From NCBI RefSeq assembly GCF_004010195.1, contig NC_057757.1:3106967-3170966 (forward strand): a stretch of DNA of 64,000 nucleotides. The letters are read 5' to 3'. This document shows, in pieces, positions 1 to 13,129 of the stretch. Each line of letters starts with the position of its first letter. Positions within the stretch are counted from its first letter, which is position 1. Source of the stretch: Chiloscyllium plagiosum. Its lineage: Eukaryota. The notes beneath the pieces are model-generated. The model did not search any database. It saw only the letters and a list, made by a program, of their open reading frames with translations, and was not told the origin of the DNA. Position numbers and translations under genes: made by a program.

Positions 1-370
1 CCCCACTCCTCCTCTTTCTCCCTCTTCCCCCACCCCTCGTCTCTCTCTCTCTCCCTCCCTCTCTCTCTCTCTCTACCCTCACACCCTTCCTTTCTCTCCC
101 CCCTCCCCTCCTCTCGCCCTTCCTCTCTCTCTCTCTCTCTCTCCCTCCCTCTATCTCTCCTTCAGCCTTAGTTGCATCCGAGCTGGAGCTGCGAGAGGCG
201 GCGTCCCCAGGATCCCGTCAGAGAGAAAGACAGAGAGAGAGAGAGAGAAAGAGAAAGAGGAGGCTGGGGTGCGGGAGGAGAGAGAGCGAAAGAGACAGAG
301 AGAGAAAGTGGGAAGAAAGAGAGAGAAAGGCAAAGAGAGGGAGAACGAGAGAGAGAGAGCGAGACAGGCA
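1..370. repeat. (CT)-rich tract (1-160) and (GA)-rich tract (~218-370)
   Basis: Low-complexity polypyrimidine then polypurine runs around a ~55-bp GC-rich spacer. Confidence 0.9.
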
Positions 371-610
371 GATAAATATCAGACCGGTTGGACCAACGCT
401 GTCTTTAAATCTGAAACTAACCGGACCCTTCAGTTTCACCTCGCGCTGACCGGTCGGTTCTGACCAGTCCGGCCACTCGGCTGTTACTTTCACCCAGAAA
501 CTGACCGGACCTTTCCCTTTCATTCCATCTGACCCCGACACCTTGGCAAATCATCCGTGTGACGGGACCGGAGACCCGTCCCCAAACCCAGCACTGGAGC
601 AGCTCTTACC

Positions 611-1103
611 CCCAGGGACACGGAGAGGACACAGAGCCACCCCCAGGGACACGGAGAGGAGACAGAGCCACCCCCAGGGACACGGAGAGGAGACACAGCC
701 ACCCCCAGGGACACGCCCAGGGACACAAAGCCCCATCCCTAGGGACACAAACCCCCACCCCTAGGGACACAGACCCCTACCTCCCAGGGACACAGACCCC
801 TACCTCCCAGGGACACAAAGCCCCATCCCTAGGGACACAAACCCCCACCCCTAGGGACACAGACCCCTACCTCCCAGGGACACCCCACCCCTAGGGACAC
901 AGACCCCTACCTCCCAGGGACACAAAGCCCCACCCCTAGGGACACAGACCCCTACCTCCCAGGGACACAGACCCCCACCCCTAGGGACACAAAGCCCCAT
1001 CCCTAGGGACACAGACTCCTACCTCCCAGGGACACAAAGCCCCATCCCTAGGGACACAGACCCCTACCTCCCAGGGACACAGAGAGGAGACAGACCCCCA
1101 GGG
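611..1103. repeat. GGGACAC-core minisatellite (mostly ~21-23 bp units; ~32 bp period at the 5' end) upstream of the GPCR ATG
   Basis: Repeats such as cagggacacagacccctacctcc and ctagggacacaaagccccatcc. Confidence 0.92.
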
Positions 1104-1167
1104 ATGGGGGGAGACTCTGTCTGACCAGGCCGCTGACCCCCCGGTGGGGAGGGACTCAGCCACCACC

Positions 1168-1494
1168 ATGGCTAACGAATCTGCCTTCTCCCGGGACGAT
1201 CTCCTTCAGCCGGACGGAACCTTCAACGAGTCCACCTTCAGCAACGTCTCCCTGGAGCTGCTGAGGAACCTCATCCACTCGGTCCGGCACAGTACGGGCT
1301 CTCAGAGCCTGACGGTCAGGGCATTACTGATCGGCGCTTACACACTCACCATCACCGTCTCCCTATTCGGAAACCTCCTGGTGTGCCAAGTATTGCTGAA
1401 GAACAAGAGAGTGAACACAGCAACTGGCCTCTTCATCACCAACCTGGCCATAGCAGACCTGATGATAACCCTGCTCAACACCCCCTTCACTCTG
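1168..1494 (+). CDS. GPR83-like class A GPCR, coding exon 1 (N-terminus, TM1-TM2)
   Basis: Strong Kozak gccaccaccATGg. Encodes ...QSLTVRALLIGAY...SLFGNLLVC...NLAIADLMITLLNTPFTL, closely matching GPR83 TM1/TM2. Donor CTG|gtaggt, phase 0, 327 nt. Confidence 0.93.
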
Positions 1495-1625
1495 GTAGGT
1501 TGGAACTCACCTTCACTCGCTGGATCATGGCTGCCTTGAGGGTGTCCCTACTCCTTACCTCCAACCCTCGCATCCATCCCCTCTACTCCCCAGTCATGGT
1601 ATCATTGAATTCCTACGACCAGAAT

Positions 1626-2062
1626 TACTCTGTATCTAACTCCGTGCTGTCCCTGCCCTGGGAGTGTTGGTTGGGGGACAGTGTAGAGGGAGCTTTACTC
1701 TGTATCTAACCCCGTGCTGTCCCTGTCCTGGGAGTGTTTGATGGGGGACAGTGTAGAGGGAGCCTTACTCTGTATCTAACCCCGTGCTGTCCCTGCTCTG
1801 GGAGTGTTTGATGGGGGAACAGTGTAGAGGAACGTTACCCTGTATCTAACCCCGTGCTGTCCCTGTTCTGGGAGTGTTTGATGGGGGACAGTGTAGAGGG
1901 AGCTTTACTCCGTATCTAGCCCCATGCTGTCCCTGTCCTGGCAGTGTTTGATGGGGGACAGTGTAGAGGGAGCTTTACTCCGTATCTAGCCCCGTGCTGT
2001 CCCTGTCCTGGCAGTGTTTGATGGGGTGACAGTGTAGAGGGAGCTTTACTCTGTATCTAGCC
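1626..2062. repeat. 70-bp minisatellite, ~6 copies
   Basis: Unit tactctgtatctaaccccgtgctgtccctgtcctgggagtgtttgatgggggacagtgtagagggagctt starts at 1626, 1696, 1766... Confidence 0.95.
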
Positions 2063-2682
2063 AATACGGTTCCTCTGACCCTGTTCAGGTGCCACGTTCT
2101 GAAGAGGATATTCTTGACCATGTGTTTTGGTCCGTGGCTAGGTTGTGAAGTTTTGCTGTGGTTAACCAGGTGGCACTGCCTCTCTCACCAGCTGGCAAAC
2201 CCTTTGTATGGCCACTAAGTTGTGGAGCTGCCAGTTTGGAGTCCATCCCCATGCTGTCTCCAAACAGTTTGCTGCAGCCTTTAATTCTTGTCACCAGTCC
2301 GGAGAGCATTAGTTCAGAGTTGTCTCAACACCACTCCATGCTCAACCCCACTTATTTTCCAAGTGAGCCCTTCAGCCCCTGCCATCAGTTCAAGGTCCAA
2401 TCCAGAGCCCTCATAAACCAGGCTGACACTCCCACGGATGACCTGCAGGAGGTGCTGAGCTGTCCTTGAGCCTGGATGTTCAACCCTGCCTTACTCCAAA
2501 AGGGAGTATGGATCTCTCCCAGTCACCAAATGGAGGATGGCACCTTCGATACCGCTTGCGGGATCTTGCTGTGTACAGCCTGGCGGCTACAGCCCTCGCA
2601 TTTGTGCTGGGCTGTGGAGAAGCAATGGGAGGGTCGGAGGTCCTGGAAGGCGCTACCCAACTGCAAAATCTTTCCTATCAAT

Positions 2683-3113
2683 GAATCTCTGCAGTGTGGA
2701 AACAGGCCCTTCAGCCCCATAAGTCCACAGCGACCCTCCGAAGAGTAACCCATGCATATCCATTCCCCTGCTACTCTACATTTCCCCTGACTAATGCACC
2801 TAACCTGCACATCCCTGAACACCGTGGGCAATTTAGCACGGCCAATCGACCCTAACCTGCACATCCCTGGGCACTATGGGACAATTTAGCATGGCCAATC
2901 GACCCTAACCTGCACATCCCTGGGCACTATGGGGCAATTTAGCACGGCCAATCCACCCTAACCTGTGCATCTTTGGATTGTGGGAGGAAACCCATGCAGA
3001 CCAGACAAGGGGAGAATGTACAAACTGCACAAAGGCAGTCACCCGAGGCTGGAATTGAACCCGGGTCCCTGGCGCCGTGAGGCAGCAGCGCTAACCACTG
3101 AGCCACCATGCCA
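2683..3113 (-). mobile_element. tRNA-derived V-SINE (HE1-like) with ~3 internal 53-bp repeats
   Basis: Pol III A/B-box-like head (tggctcagtggttagc...gggttcaattcc) on -, V-domain, and CR1-like tail gggcctgtttccacactg. Confidence 0.85.
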
Positions 3114-3413
3114 TCCTATGCACTTCAAGGCAAGCAACGGGTTTACTGGAGACTCCTGCGGTGCTAGTGTCCCAACCTCTGAGCCAGGAGACTCGAGTTC
3201 AAGTCTCACCTGCTCCAGAGTATATGCCTTAACATCTCTGAACAGGTTGGTGATAGAAAGTAGATTGACCTCACTTAAAGCAGTTGTTGGCTGGGTATGG
3301 GTTGGTGAGGTCTTCTCAAGTCACAAAGGGGACTGTGGCTTGTGGGTGGGTGGGGTGGGTGGAACAGGAAGACAGCATCACCTCCAACGCTGAGCTGTAA
3401 CGTTCTCCCTTAG

Positions 3414-3719
<306 letters not shown>

Positions 3720-4157
3720 TAACTCCAGCCAAGTTTGGCCTGGGAGCCAGAAACCATAAATGGACGCCACACAGCAGTTATCAAAAAACCAACTATCCTT
3801 GACATTCCAGACCCCAACCCACGTCTGAGAGACATGGCTCTCTGATCCCATTCCTACCTCTTCAGTCCAACTGACAAGTAACTCCATTCCCTCCTCACTC
3901 TGATCGTTCCCGCGCTTTGTTCACCCAGGGTTATGCAGCACAGAAACAGACACTTCCTCCATTAAATCAATCATCATGTTCCCTACTCCTGCAGCTTCCA
4001 GCTTCCACCAGTGGTAATCTATAATGCTTCCCTCAATGTCTCCCTGTGCAAGTGAGATTCACAGTCTCCCCACTGTCCGGGTGAAGACCAATCTCCTCAA
4101 TACCTGATTGGATTCATTAGTGGTGGTCTCCTAGTTTTCCCCTTCACCGCAAGAGGA

Positions 4158-4750
4158 GACATAGGAACATAGAAAATAGCTGCAGGAGTAGGCCATTCGG
4201 CCCTTCAAGCCTGCCCCACCATTCAATATGATCATGGTTGGCTGTGCAATTTCAGAATCCTGCTCTTGCTTTCTCTCCATTACCCTTGATCCCTTTAGCC
4301 GCACGTCCAAATCTCTTTTGAATATATCTGCTGAGCTATCCCCAACAGCTTCCTGTGGGAGAGAATTCCACAGGCTCCCTACTCTCAGAGTGAAGAAATT
4401 CTTCCTCATCTCCATCCTGAATGGCTTATCCCCTTATTCTTAGACTCTGACCCCTGAGTTCTGGACTTCCCTCAACATCGGGACGATTCCTCTGGCATCT
4501 AGCCTGTCCAGTCCCATCAGGATTTTATATGTTCCATGAGATTCCTCCTTCTAAATTCCAGCAAGTACAAGCCCAGTCGATCCAGTCTTTCCTCATACAT
4601 CAGTCCTGCCATCCCGGGAATCAGTCTGGTGTTCCTTCGCTGGAATTGCTCAATAGCAAGAATGTCCTTCCTCTGACTAGGAGACCAAACCTGCACACAA
4701 TACTCAAGGTGTGGCCTCACCAAGGCCCTGTATAACTGCAGCAAGAGATG
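4158..4750 (-). mobile_element. CR1-type LINE, 3' fragment
   Basis: LYRALVRPHLEYCVQVWSP...; MRKNFFTLRV.SLWNSLPQEAV; short-repeat tail. Confidence 0.85.
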
Positions 4751-4992
4751 TTTCCCCTGTCTCTGATCTCTGAAAAATCTTCCATTGTTTTCCTGACTTT
4801 CACTCACCCCTGGGAGAGCCCTTCCTGGTGAAGGGCTTTTGCCCAAAACATCAATTCTCCTGCTCCTTGGATGCTTTTTCAGCCACAATACCTTTGACTC
4901 TTAATCACCCCTCAGCCTTCCCTTTTCAAGAGAATAGAGTCCCAGAATGTCTATCTTTTTCTGATATCCTTTCCAGATATATTTCCTGTTAT

Positions 4993-6040
4993 TATAGAGT
5001 CATACAGCACAGAAACAGACCCTACAGTCCAACCAGTCCATGCCGACCGTAATCCTAAACTAAACTAGTCCCACCTGCCTGCTCCTGGCCCATCTCCCTC
5101 CAAACCTTTCCTATTCATGGACTTATCCAAACGTCTTTTAAACATTGTAACTGTCCCCACATCCACCACTTCCTCAGGACGTTCATTCCACACACAAACC
5201 CCTCTCTGTGTAAAATAACTACCCCTCATATCTTTTTAAAATCTTTCTCCTCTCACCTTAAAAATATGCCCTCCCCCCCCTCACTGGGTCTCGAACTCCC
5301 CTACCTTAGGAAAAGACACCAGACACCTGTAATTCACCTTATCTATGCCATTCATGATTTTATAAACCTCTATAAGGTCAGCCTCTGACGTGAGTGAAAA
5401 ATATCCCAGACTATCCAGCCTCTCGTTATAACTCAAACTCTCCTTACCCGGCAACATCCTGGTAAATCTCTTCTGGACCCTCTGCAGTTTATATATATAT
5501 AAATTCTATAACAGGGGCACTAGCACTGGACACGCTATGCCAGGAGAGGCCTTACCAATGTTTTGTACAGCCTCAACATGACGTCCCAACCCCTGTCATC
5601 AAAGCAGGAGCAATTTACTGCAGATGCTGGACTCTGTACTGAGAACAAAAAGGGCTGGAGATCAGGCAGCATCCGTGCAGAGAGCAAGCTCGTGTTTTGC
5701 ATCGAGATGATTCATCGTCAGCGCTGACGTGAAGCTCTGAGCGACAGTAATCTAGCCTCGAAACGATAGCTTGCTCTCTCTCCACGGATGCTGCCCGACC
5801 CACTGTGATCTGCGGCACTGTTTATTTACAGCCCTGCACTCAAAGGACTGAACAATGAAGGGAGGCAGGCTAAACACTTAACCGGCCTGTGATGCAAACT
5901 TCAAATTATCATGTACCTGAACCCCTGTAATACCTCGCATTTATCCAAATTAAACTCTATCTGCCCCTCTTCAGCCCAATGGTCCAATTGATCAAGGTCC
6001 CTTTGTAATCTTAGTAACCCTCTTCACTGTCCACAATACT
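4993..6040 (-). mobile_element. CR1/HER1-type LINE, 3' fragment interrupted by a PLE-terminus insertion (~5600-5830)
   Basis: Typical CR1 3' UTR (atagagtcatacagcacagaaacagacc) and RT C-terminal remnants. Confidence 0.8.
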
Positions 6041-6202
6041 CTGTTGTAAATCTTCTCTGCACTCCTTTCCCTCACCTCTGTATAACCAGCTTTCCATAAC
6101 AAAATGGTCTGGCAACTCTCTGGCATTTTAACCCCTTTATACCCCCCCCCCCCCCCCCCGTGAGATCACAGTTGCCCCAAGAATGGCAGTGTTTCCAAAG
6201 GC

Positions 6203-6430
6203 GAGAGTGTGGTGCTGGAAAAGCACAGCAGGTCAGGCAGCATCCGAGGAGCAGGAGAATCGACGTTTCGGGCAAAAGCCCTTCATCAGGAATGAGAGGC
6301 TCTTGCCTGAAACCCCGATTCTCTGGCTCCTCGGATGCTGCCTGACCTGCTCAGCTTTTCCAGCTCCCCCCCCCCCCCCCCCCAGCATCAACCTCTCGAC
6401 TCTGATCTGCAGTCGTCACTTTCTCCTAGT
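6203..6430. mobile_element. Fold-back pair of Penelope-like element termini
   Basis: gctggaaaagcacagcaggtcaggcagcatccgagga... is inverted against ...tcctcggatgctgcctgacctgctcagcttttccagc. Confidence 0.8.
6262..6289 (-). ncRNA. Minimal type I hammerhead ribozyme core
   Basis: Minus strand reads CUGAUGA-A-GGGC-UUUU-GCCC-GAAAC-GUC, with palindromic ACGU stem III. Confidence 0.75.
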
Positions 6431-7356
6431 GTTTCAAGGGGATTGAGCCACTTTCTGGGGCCATTGGGAGACCTATGGTGATGTAGTGGTGATGTTGTTC
6501 CATTTACTCTCCTGCACACGAAGCAAAGAACTCTTGAAGACTTGAGTACAAATCCCACCCTGAGGCGGTCAGATCTACATTGCATGAAATGTAAAGCCAG
6601 TCTCAGTTCACCAAAGAAATCTACGGTCTTTATCTGGTCTGGCCTACATGTGACCCCCAACCCACAGCCAAAGTTTGGGGGGGGGTTGTTGTCTGTGAAA
6701 TGGCCACCAAGGCAGTTAGAGGTGGACAAATGAATGTTGCCCCATTCCCATTGTATGCCTCAATCCCATTAAAGTAATAAAGTAAATTGGAGCCTAATTT
6801 CTACAACAAGACCATAGTCTTTGCAAGGTGAACGTCCTATCCTTATCCTCCATCCTAACCCAGGGTCTTTTGGAGAGTCACGTACAGGAGGCTGTTCAGT
6901 CCATCGAATCCATGCCATCTCGCTACGTAATAGCACTCCATACCCCAGATGGCTCCCTGGGAGTTGATTTCCCTCCAAGTGCCCACCTCTTTCTCTTCTG
7001 AAGTCGTTCATTGTCCCATCTTCCATCCCTCACATCGTGGCCAGTGAGGTCTAGGTCATTCCACTCGCAGTGCAACTCCTTCCTCATCACATCCCTCTCC
7101 TGCATCTCAAACCCAAAACCTTACAGCTGTGTCCATGCACCTTTGTAACTGCAAGAGACCCTTCCCGTACACCTATCTAGATGCAACATAATCTTGTATA
7201 CCACTTCCCCGTCAATCTCTTTTGTTCCAAAGTGGGCCAACTAATCTTGCAACGAGAACCACCTCAAACATCCCACCCCCACGCTCCCCTCTCCAATAAT
7301 CAGCCCTTTAGACATCCTCTAAACCAGGCCAATAACTGCACTTTAATGATGGTACA

Positions 7357-8932
7357 TGGGGAGGTGATGGCTTATTGGTATTATCGCTAGACTGTTAATT
7401 TATATTTGCCAGGAATTGGTGTTGGAGAGACTGTTAGGTCTGAAGGTTGATAAGTCCCCGGGGCCTGATGGTCTACATCCCAGGGTACTGAAGGAAGTGG
7501 CTCGAGAAATCGTGGATGCGTTGGCGATTATTTTTCACAGGATCAGTTCCTGCGGATTGGAGGGTGGCTAATGTTGTACCACTTTTTAAGAAAGGTGGGA
7601 GAATGAAAACAGGAAATTATAGACCAGTTAGTTTGACTTCAGTGGTGGGAAAGATCCTGGAGTTTATTATAAAGGATGAAATTATGACACATCTGGATAG
7701 TAGTAACAGGATAGGTCAGAGTCAGCATGGATTTATGAAGGGGAAATCATGCTTGACTAATCTTCTGGAATCTTTTGACAATGTAACTCTGAAGATGGAC
7801 GAGGGAGATCCAGTAGATGTAGTGTACCTGGACTTTCAGAAAGCTTTTGATAAAGTCCCACATAGGAGGTTAGTCAGCAAAATTAGGGCACATGGTATTG
7901 GGGACAAAGTACTAACTGTCATGTGATTTTAATTTGCATATTGACTGGACAGATCACATGGATAAGGATAACATGAAAGATGAATTTCGAGAGTACATCA
8001 GGGATAGCTTCTACGAACAATGCATTAGAGAATCTACCTGGCAACCTACCTACATCTAGGAATGTATAATGAGGTTAGATTGATAAGAGATCTCAGTTAC
8101 GGATCCTTTAAGGATAGCAACATGGTAGAATTTCAAATCGAATTTGAAAGAGAGTAACTCGGGTCTGGAATGGCGGGACTACCTTACGCTGATAGATTGG
8201 AGCGACTGGGCTTGTATACCCTTGAGTTTAGAAGACTTGAGAGGGGATCTGATTGAGACATATAAGATTATTAAGGGATTGGACATTCTGGAGGCAGGAA
8301 ACATGTTTCCGCTGATGGGTGAGTACCGAACCTGAGGACACAGCTTAAAAATACGGGGTAGATCATTTAGGACAGAGATGAGGAGAAACTTGTTCACCCA
8401 GAGAGTGGTGGCTGTGTGGAATGCTCTGCCCCAGAGGGCAGTGGAGGCCCAGTCTCTGGATTCATTTAAGAAAGAGTTGGATAGAGCTCTCAAGGATTGT
8501 GGAATCAAGGATTATGGAGATAAGGTAGGAACAGGATAATGATTAAGGATGATCAGCCATGATCATATTGAATGGTGGTGCAGGCTCGAAGGGCAGAATG
8601 GCCCACTCCTGCACCTATTGTCTATTATTATCTATTAAAATCCAGAGATCCTGGTAATGTTCTGGGGACTCAGGTTTGAATCCTGCCACAGCAGATGGTG
8701 GAATTTGAATAAAAATCTGGAATTATGTGTTTAAGGACAACCATGAATCCATTGTTGGAAAAACCCATCTGGTTCACTAATATCCTTTAGGGAAGGACAC
8801 TGCCATCCTTACCTGGTCTGGCCTACATGTGACTCCAGAATCACAGGAATGTGGTTGACTTTTAATTGCCCTCTGGGCAGTTGGGGATGGGCAATAAATA
8901 CTGGGTCTAGCCCTCATCCTGTGAATGAGTAA
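7357..8932 (+). mobile_element. Second SINE family split by CR1 insertions (head 7357-7400, body 8637-8932)
   Basis: Head gatggcttattggtattatcgctagactgttaat resumes as atccagagatcctggtaatgttctgggg...gggcaataaatactgg. Confidence 0.65.
7415..8635 (+). mobile_element. CR1 LINE ORF2 pieces (RT N-terminal part and a 3' end)
   Basis: PADWRVANVVPLFKKG...NYRPVSLTSVVGKILE...QHGFMKGKSCLTNLL...YLDFQKAFDKVPHRRL; LRGDLIETYKIIKG. Confidence 0.92.
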
Positions 8933-9146
8933 ATGTTTTAAAAATAGCTGATCTGATCCAGGGGAAATGGTGGCACAGTGGTAATGTTGCCAATTCATTA
9001 ATGTTCTGGTGTAGCTGGGTTTAAATTTGGTTACTATTCATGGGCTGCGGATGTCACTGGCTGGGCCTACATTTATTTCCCACCCCTAATTGTCCAGAAG
9101 ACACTTATGTGTCAATCCCATTGCTGTGGGTCTGGAGTCACATGTA

Positions 9147-9471
9147 TCATAGCATCCCTACAGTGTGGAAACAGGCCAATCGGCCCTTTGAGTCCATAAT
9201 GGCCCTCTGAAGAGAATCCCATCCAATCCCTGTAACCAGACATTTCCCATGGCTAACCCACCCAGTCTGCCCATCCTTAGACCCCATGGTGCAATTCCCC
9301 ATGACCAATCTACCCTAGCCTGCACATCTTTGGACTGTGGGAGGAAACCGGCGTAAACCCAAGCAGACACAGAAGAATGTGCAAACTCCACACGGCCATA
9401 TGCCCGAGGGTGGAATTGAACCCGGGTGCTGTGAGGCAGCAGTGCTAACCATTGAGCCACCATGCCACCCA
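9147..9471 (-). mobile_element. V-SINE inserted into the second SINE family, 7-bp TSD
   Basis: acatgta at 9140-9146 and 9472-9478. Confidence 0.85.
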
Positions 9472-10070
9472 ACATGTAGGCCAGACTGGGTAAGGATGGC
9501 AGCTCTCTGTCCCTAAAATGAGTCAGAAGGGTTGTTAAGACAATCAATGATGGTCCTTCGTTCCAGATTGTTATCAAATTGCACCATTTGCCAAGATGGG
9601 GATTTGAATTTGCATCTCCAAGACCTTAGTGCGGGGCTCTGGTGACATGGCAACGCCTCTCCGCAGCTTAAAATCTTATCTCAAGAAACGCTCTCCCTAA
9701 TGCCCTTAAGGGAAGGAAATCTGCCGTCCTTACCCAGTCCGGCCTAGACGTGACTCCCCGACCCCTGATGTGGGTGACCCTGAAATGGCTAAATGGGCCA
9801 CTCAGTTCAAAAGCGCTGAGAGACGGGGCAGTAAACGTTGGCTTCATCTGCATCCCAGACTGACTCAGCCTGGATAACCAGGAAGAACTGAGGAGCCTTT
9901 GTCTTTGCTGAGGAAGTTGTTTTGAACATAGGACACGTCAGCAGCTCCACAGACTCATTGAAACACAGAGCGCGGACGGTGTGTCACAGACTGAACTGCG
10001 CATGAGTCACTCTGTTCGGTTCAGTGAAAGCTGCAGTGGTAATTACTCGACTGTCGATGCTTGCTTACAG

Positions 10071-10204
10071 GCGATTGTGCATCCTCTGAAGCCTCGCATG
10101 TCGGTTCCCCGGGGTATCATCTGCGTCGCTGGCATCTGGGTCCTGGCCTCCTGCTTCTCGCTGCCTCACGCTATTTACCAGAGGCTCTTCCGCTTTGTGT
10201 ACAG
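10071..10204 (+). CDS. GPR83-like GPCR, exon 3 (ICL2-TM4)
   Basis: Acceptor tgcttacag|GCG. Encodes AIVHPLKPRMS...IWVLASCFSLPHAIYQRLFRFVY. Donor AG|gtaggc, phase 2, 134 nt. Confidence 0.95.
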
Positions 10205-10666
10205 GTAGGCCAGCCCGCACAGTCCAGGAACGCGGGAGGCGATGGAACACAGAGCCGCGCAGTATACAGCCAGACCCTTTGGCCCTTCTTGGCCGAGCCT
10301 AAACCCTCCTCTTTCCAGGCCATGGGCCTTGAGTGTTGGCTGCAAGAGGTGATGGGCCCACGGGTCAGGTAGTTGGCTGCCATGGGCGCCTGCTCATTAG
10401 GAGCAGGAATAGGCCATTTGGTCAATCTAGCCTGCTCGATGAGAGTGGGGCTGATCTGATCTTAGCCACTGTCCTCACTCCCACCCACCCCTTACAGCCT
10501 CTGACACCCAAAAGTCTAACTGTCTCCGCCACACCTCTATCCAAACGATTCTCAATAACTCCACATCCACCATTCTCAGGGTGGGTGGAAAGACTCCTGC
10601 CCTTCAGAGAGGAAAGAAAATCTGCTCATCTCTACTGTAACACCATATTCTCTTCTATTACCCTGA

Positions 10667-10940
10667 CATAGAATCCCTACAGTGTGGAACCAGGCCATTT
10701 GGACCATACCGATCCCCCGAGGAGCAACCCAACCCCAAAACTCTTGCATTTCCCATGGCTAATGCACCTAGCCTGCACTCTATGGGCAATTTAGCATGGC
10801 TAATCCACCCTAACCCAATCCTCTTTGGACGGTGGGAGGAAACCCACACAGAGATGGGGGAGAACGTGCAAACTCCAAGGATAGAATCGAACCCAGGTCC
10901 CTTCGCTGTAAGGCAGCAGTGTTATCCACTGAGCCACCAT
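10667..10940 (-). mobile_element. V-SINE
   Basis: Same head, V-domain and tail as other copies. Confidence 0.8.
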
Positions 10941-11149
10941 TTCTCCCATACCTGAACAGCACGGTGTAAGGTATGATCTGCTAGGACAGCATGCAAAACA
11001 ATACTGTTCACTGTCTCTCAGTACACGTGAAATAATAAATCAAATCAAATCAAATCAAAAGCTTCAACCTTGAAGTGTAATTACTCAAAAATCATGGCAC
11101 TCATTTCAAAGTAATGTGTTGGTAGGGGGATAATTACTGACTCAGGGAG

Positions 11150-11540
11150 AGAAATCTAGGCTGGGACAGTTTTCGCTGGAGTGTCAGAGGCTGAGGCATG
11201 ACCTTATAGAGGTTTGTAAAATCATGAGGGGTATGGATAGGATAAATAGACAAGGTCTTTTTTTCCCCAGGGTAGGGGAGTCCAAAATTAGACGGCATAG
11301 GTTTAAGGGAGAGGAGAAAGATTTAAAAAGGAACTTTTTCACACAGAAGGTGGTACGCATATGGAATGAGCTGCCAGAGGCAGTGGTGGAGGCTGGTACA
11401 ATTACAACATTTAAAGGGCATCTGGATGGGTACATGAATCAGAAGGGTTCAGAGAGATATGGGCCAAATGCTGGTAAATGGGACTAGATTAGGTTAGGAT
11501 ATCTGGTCAGCATGGACGAGTTGGACTGAAGGATCTAAAT
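11150..11540 (+). mobile_element. CR1/HER1 LINE 3' end
   Basis: MRGMDRINRQGLFFPRVGESKIRRHRFK...FFTQKVVRIWNELPEAVV. Confidence 0.9.
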
Positions 11541-13129
11541 CAAATCAAATGAAATCAAAAGACTAGAGCCATGATCTTTAAGCTACTGACCCCGAGTTTT
11601 AGACTCTCTCACAAATGGAAGGAAACTCTTACCTTCAACCCTGAGGACCTCATTAGTCTCAATAAGATCACCGCTCATTCTGGGGGTATTGGCCCAGTCT
11701 CTATCCTCTCAGGATAACTCCTCCTATCCTGGGTGCCAGTCAAACGAAGTTCTCGAAACTGCTTCTAACATCTCCAGGAGCAATCATTGTGATGTCCTTA
11801 CCTCAATAAAAAAAAACAGGCTTGCATGTAACACTCAGAGATCAATAAAAATGAACTGGGATCTTTCTGTGTAATGTAGTTATAGTGGCCTGTGGGGAAG
11901 TGGCTGGAACAGAGGGTAATTAAAAATGGTAGCCCTCAGTTTACAGTTCTCAAGAAGGATCACTGGACCCGAAATGTTGACTTTACTTTCTCTCCATGGA
12001 CCTGCTGAGTTTGTCCGGCAAGTTCTGGTTTTGTTTGCGATTCCCAGCATCCGCAGTTCTTTGGATTTTTTTGTTAAACTGTCAACCTAGCTCCTCTCCA
12101 CTCCGATTTCTGAATTTATCTTCTAACTTGCCTCGGGTACTGCAAGCGTTAAGTACACATAGAGGTGAGGCTCCTTGTTCATCTATCCTCCCTCGTTTTC
12201 AGCTGAAACCTCAAACCTGAGTTCCTACCACCATCTTGATTCATAGATTTATACAGCACAGAAAAAGCCCTTTGGCCCATCAAGTCTGTACTGACATTAC
12301 CATTCAAAGTGCGCTAATCCCAATTTCCTGCTTTGTCTCATATCCCTGAATGTTATGATATTTGAAGTACTCATCCAAATAATTTTTAAATGTCGCAAGG
12401 TTTCCAGCCTCTACCTGAAGGTTTTACACTTCTTGTGAACCTCCTCTCACCCCAACTCCCCTCCCCTGTCAAGGCCAGTCTATCCTTGCTTAGATATGGG
12501 GCCCACAACACCTCACAATATTCTGACCAGAACCTCAGCAGTACGTCGCTGCCCTTGCTCTCCAGCCCTCTCGAGATGAATGGCAACATTACATTTGCCT
12601 TTGGAACTACCTCCCTCTGCACTGTAACGATGCTGTGGTCCTGATACAGAGGTGGTGGAGTTCAGGGAGGCGGTTCCAGAGCTTGGAAACTAAAAGAACA
12701 GCGACCAATGTTGGGAGGATTAGCATTAACGATTCACGTCAGAGGCTGGCATTGGAAGAACATAAAGATCTCTCATTGGTGTTTTGGGCTGGAGGAGATT
12801 GCGGAGATAGAGATGACGAGAGCTCGTGGTGACTCGAGTAGGAGGAAAGGTAACGACAAAGACAAGATGGTGCTGGAGGAAGGGTAGGTCATTGGGAGAG
12901 GGTTGGTGGTGAGGGGGTGATGGGTGAATGAGATATGCTGCGAGTTGAGATTTTTATGACCTGAAATTCACAGCACGTGGGAAAGAGGGCGTCTATTCAA
13001 GATGGCTGTCAACTGAGGTGACACAATATAGGAAATAGGAGCAGGAGGAGGCCAGTCAGCCCTTCCATCCTGACCCACTGTTTGATGAGATCAGATCAGA
13101 AAGTGGCTTTAGCCAACTTCCCTCATAGC

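Noticed and set aside
1626..2062. Regularly spaced repeats resembling a CRISPR array (also 13795-14495, 27580-28735)
   Set aside because: Head-to-tail tandem units without unique spacers, in eukaryotic DNA with no cas genes.
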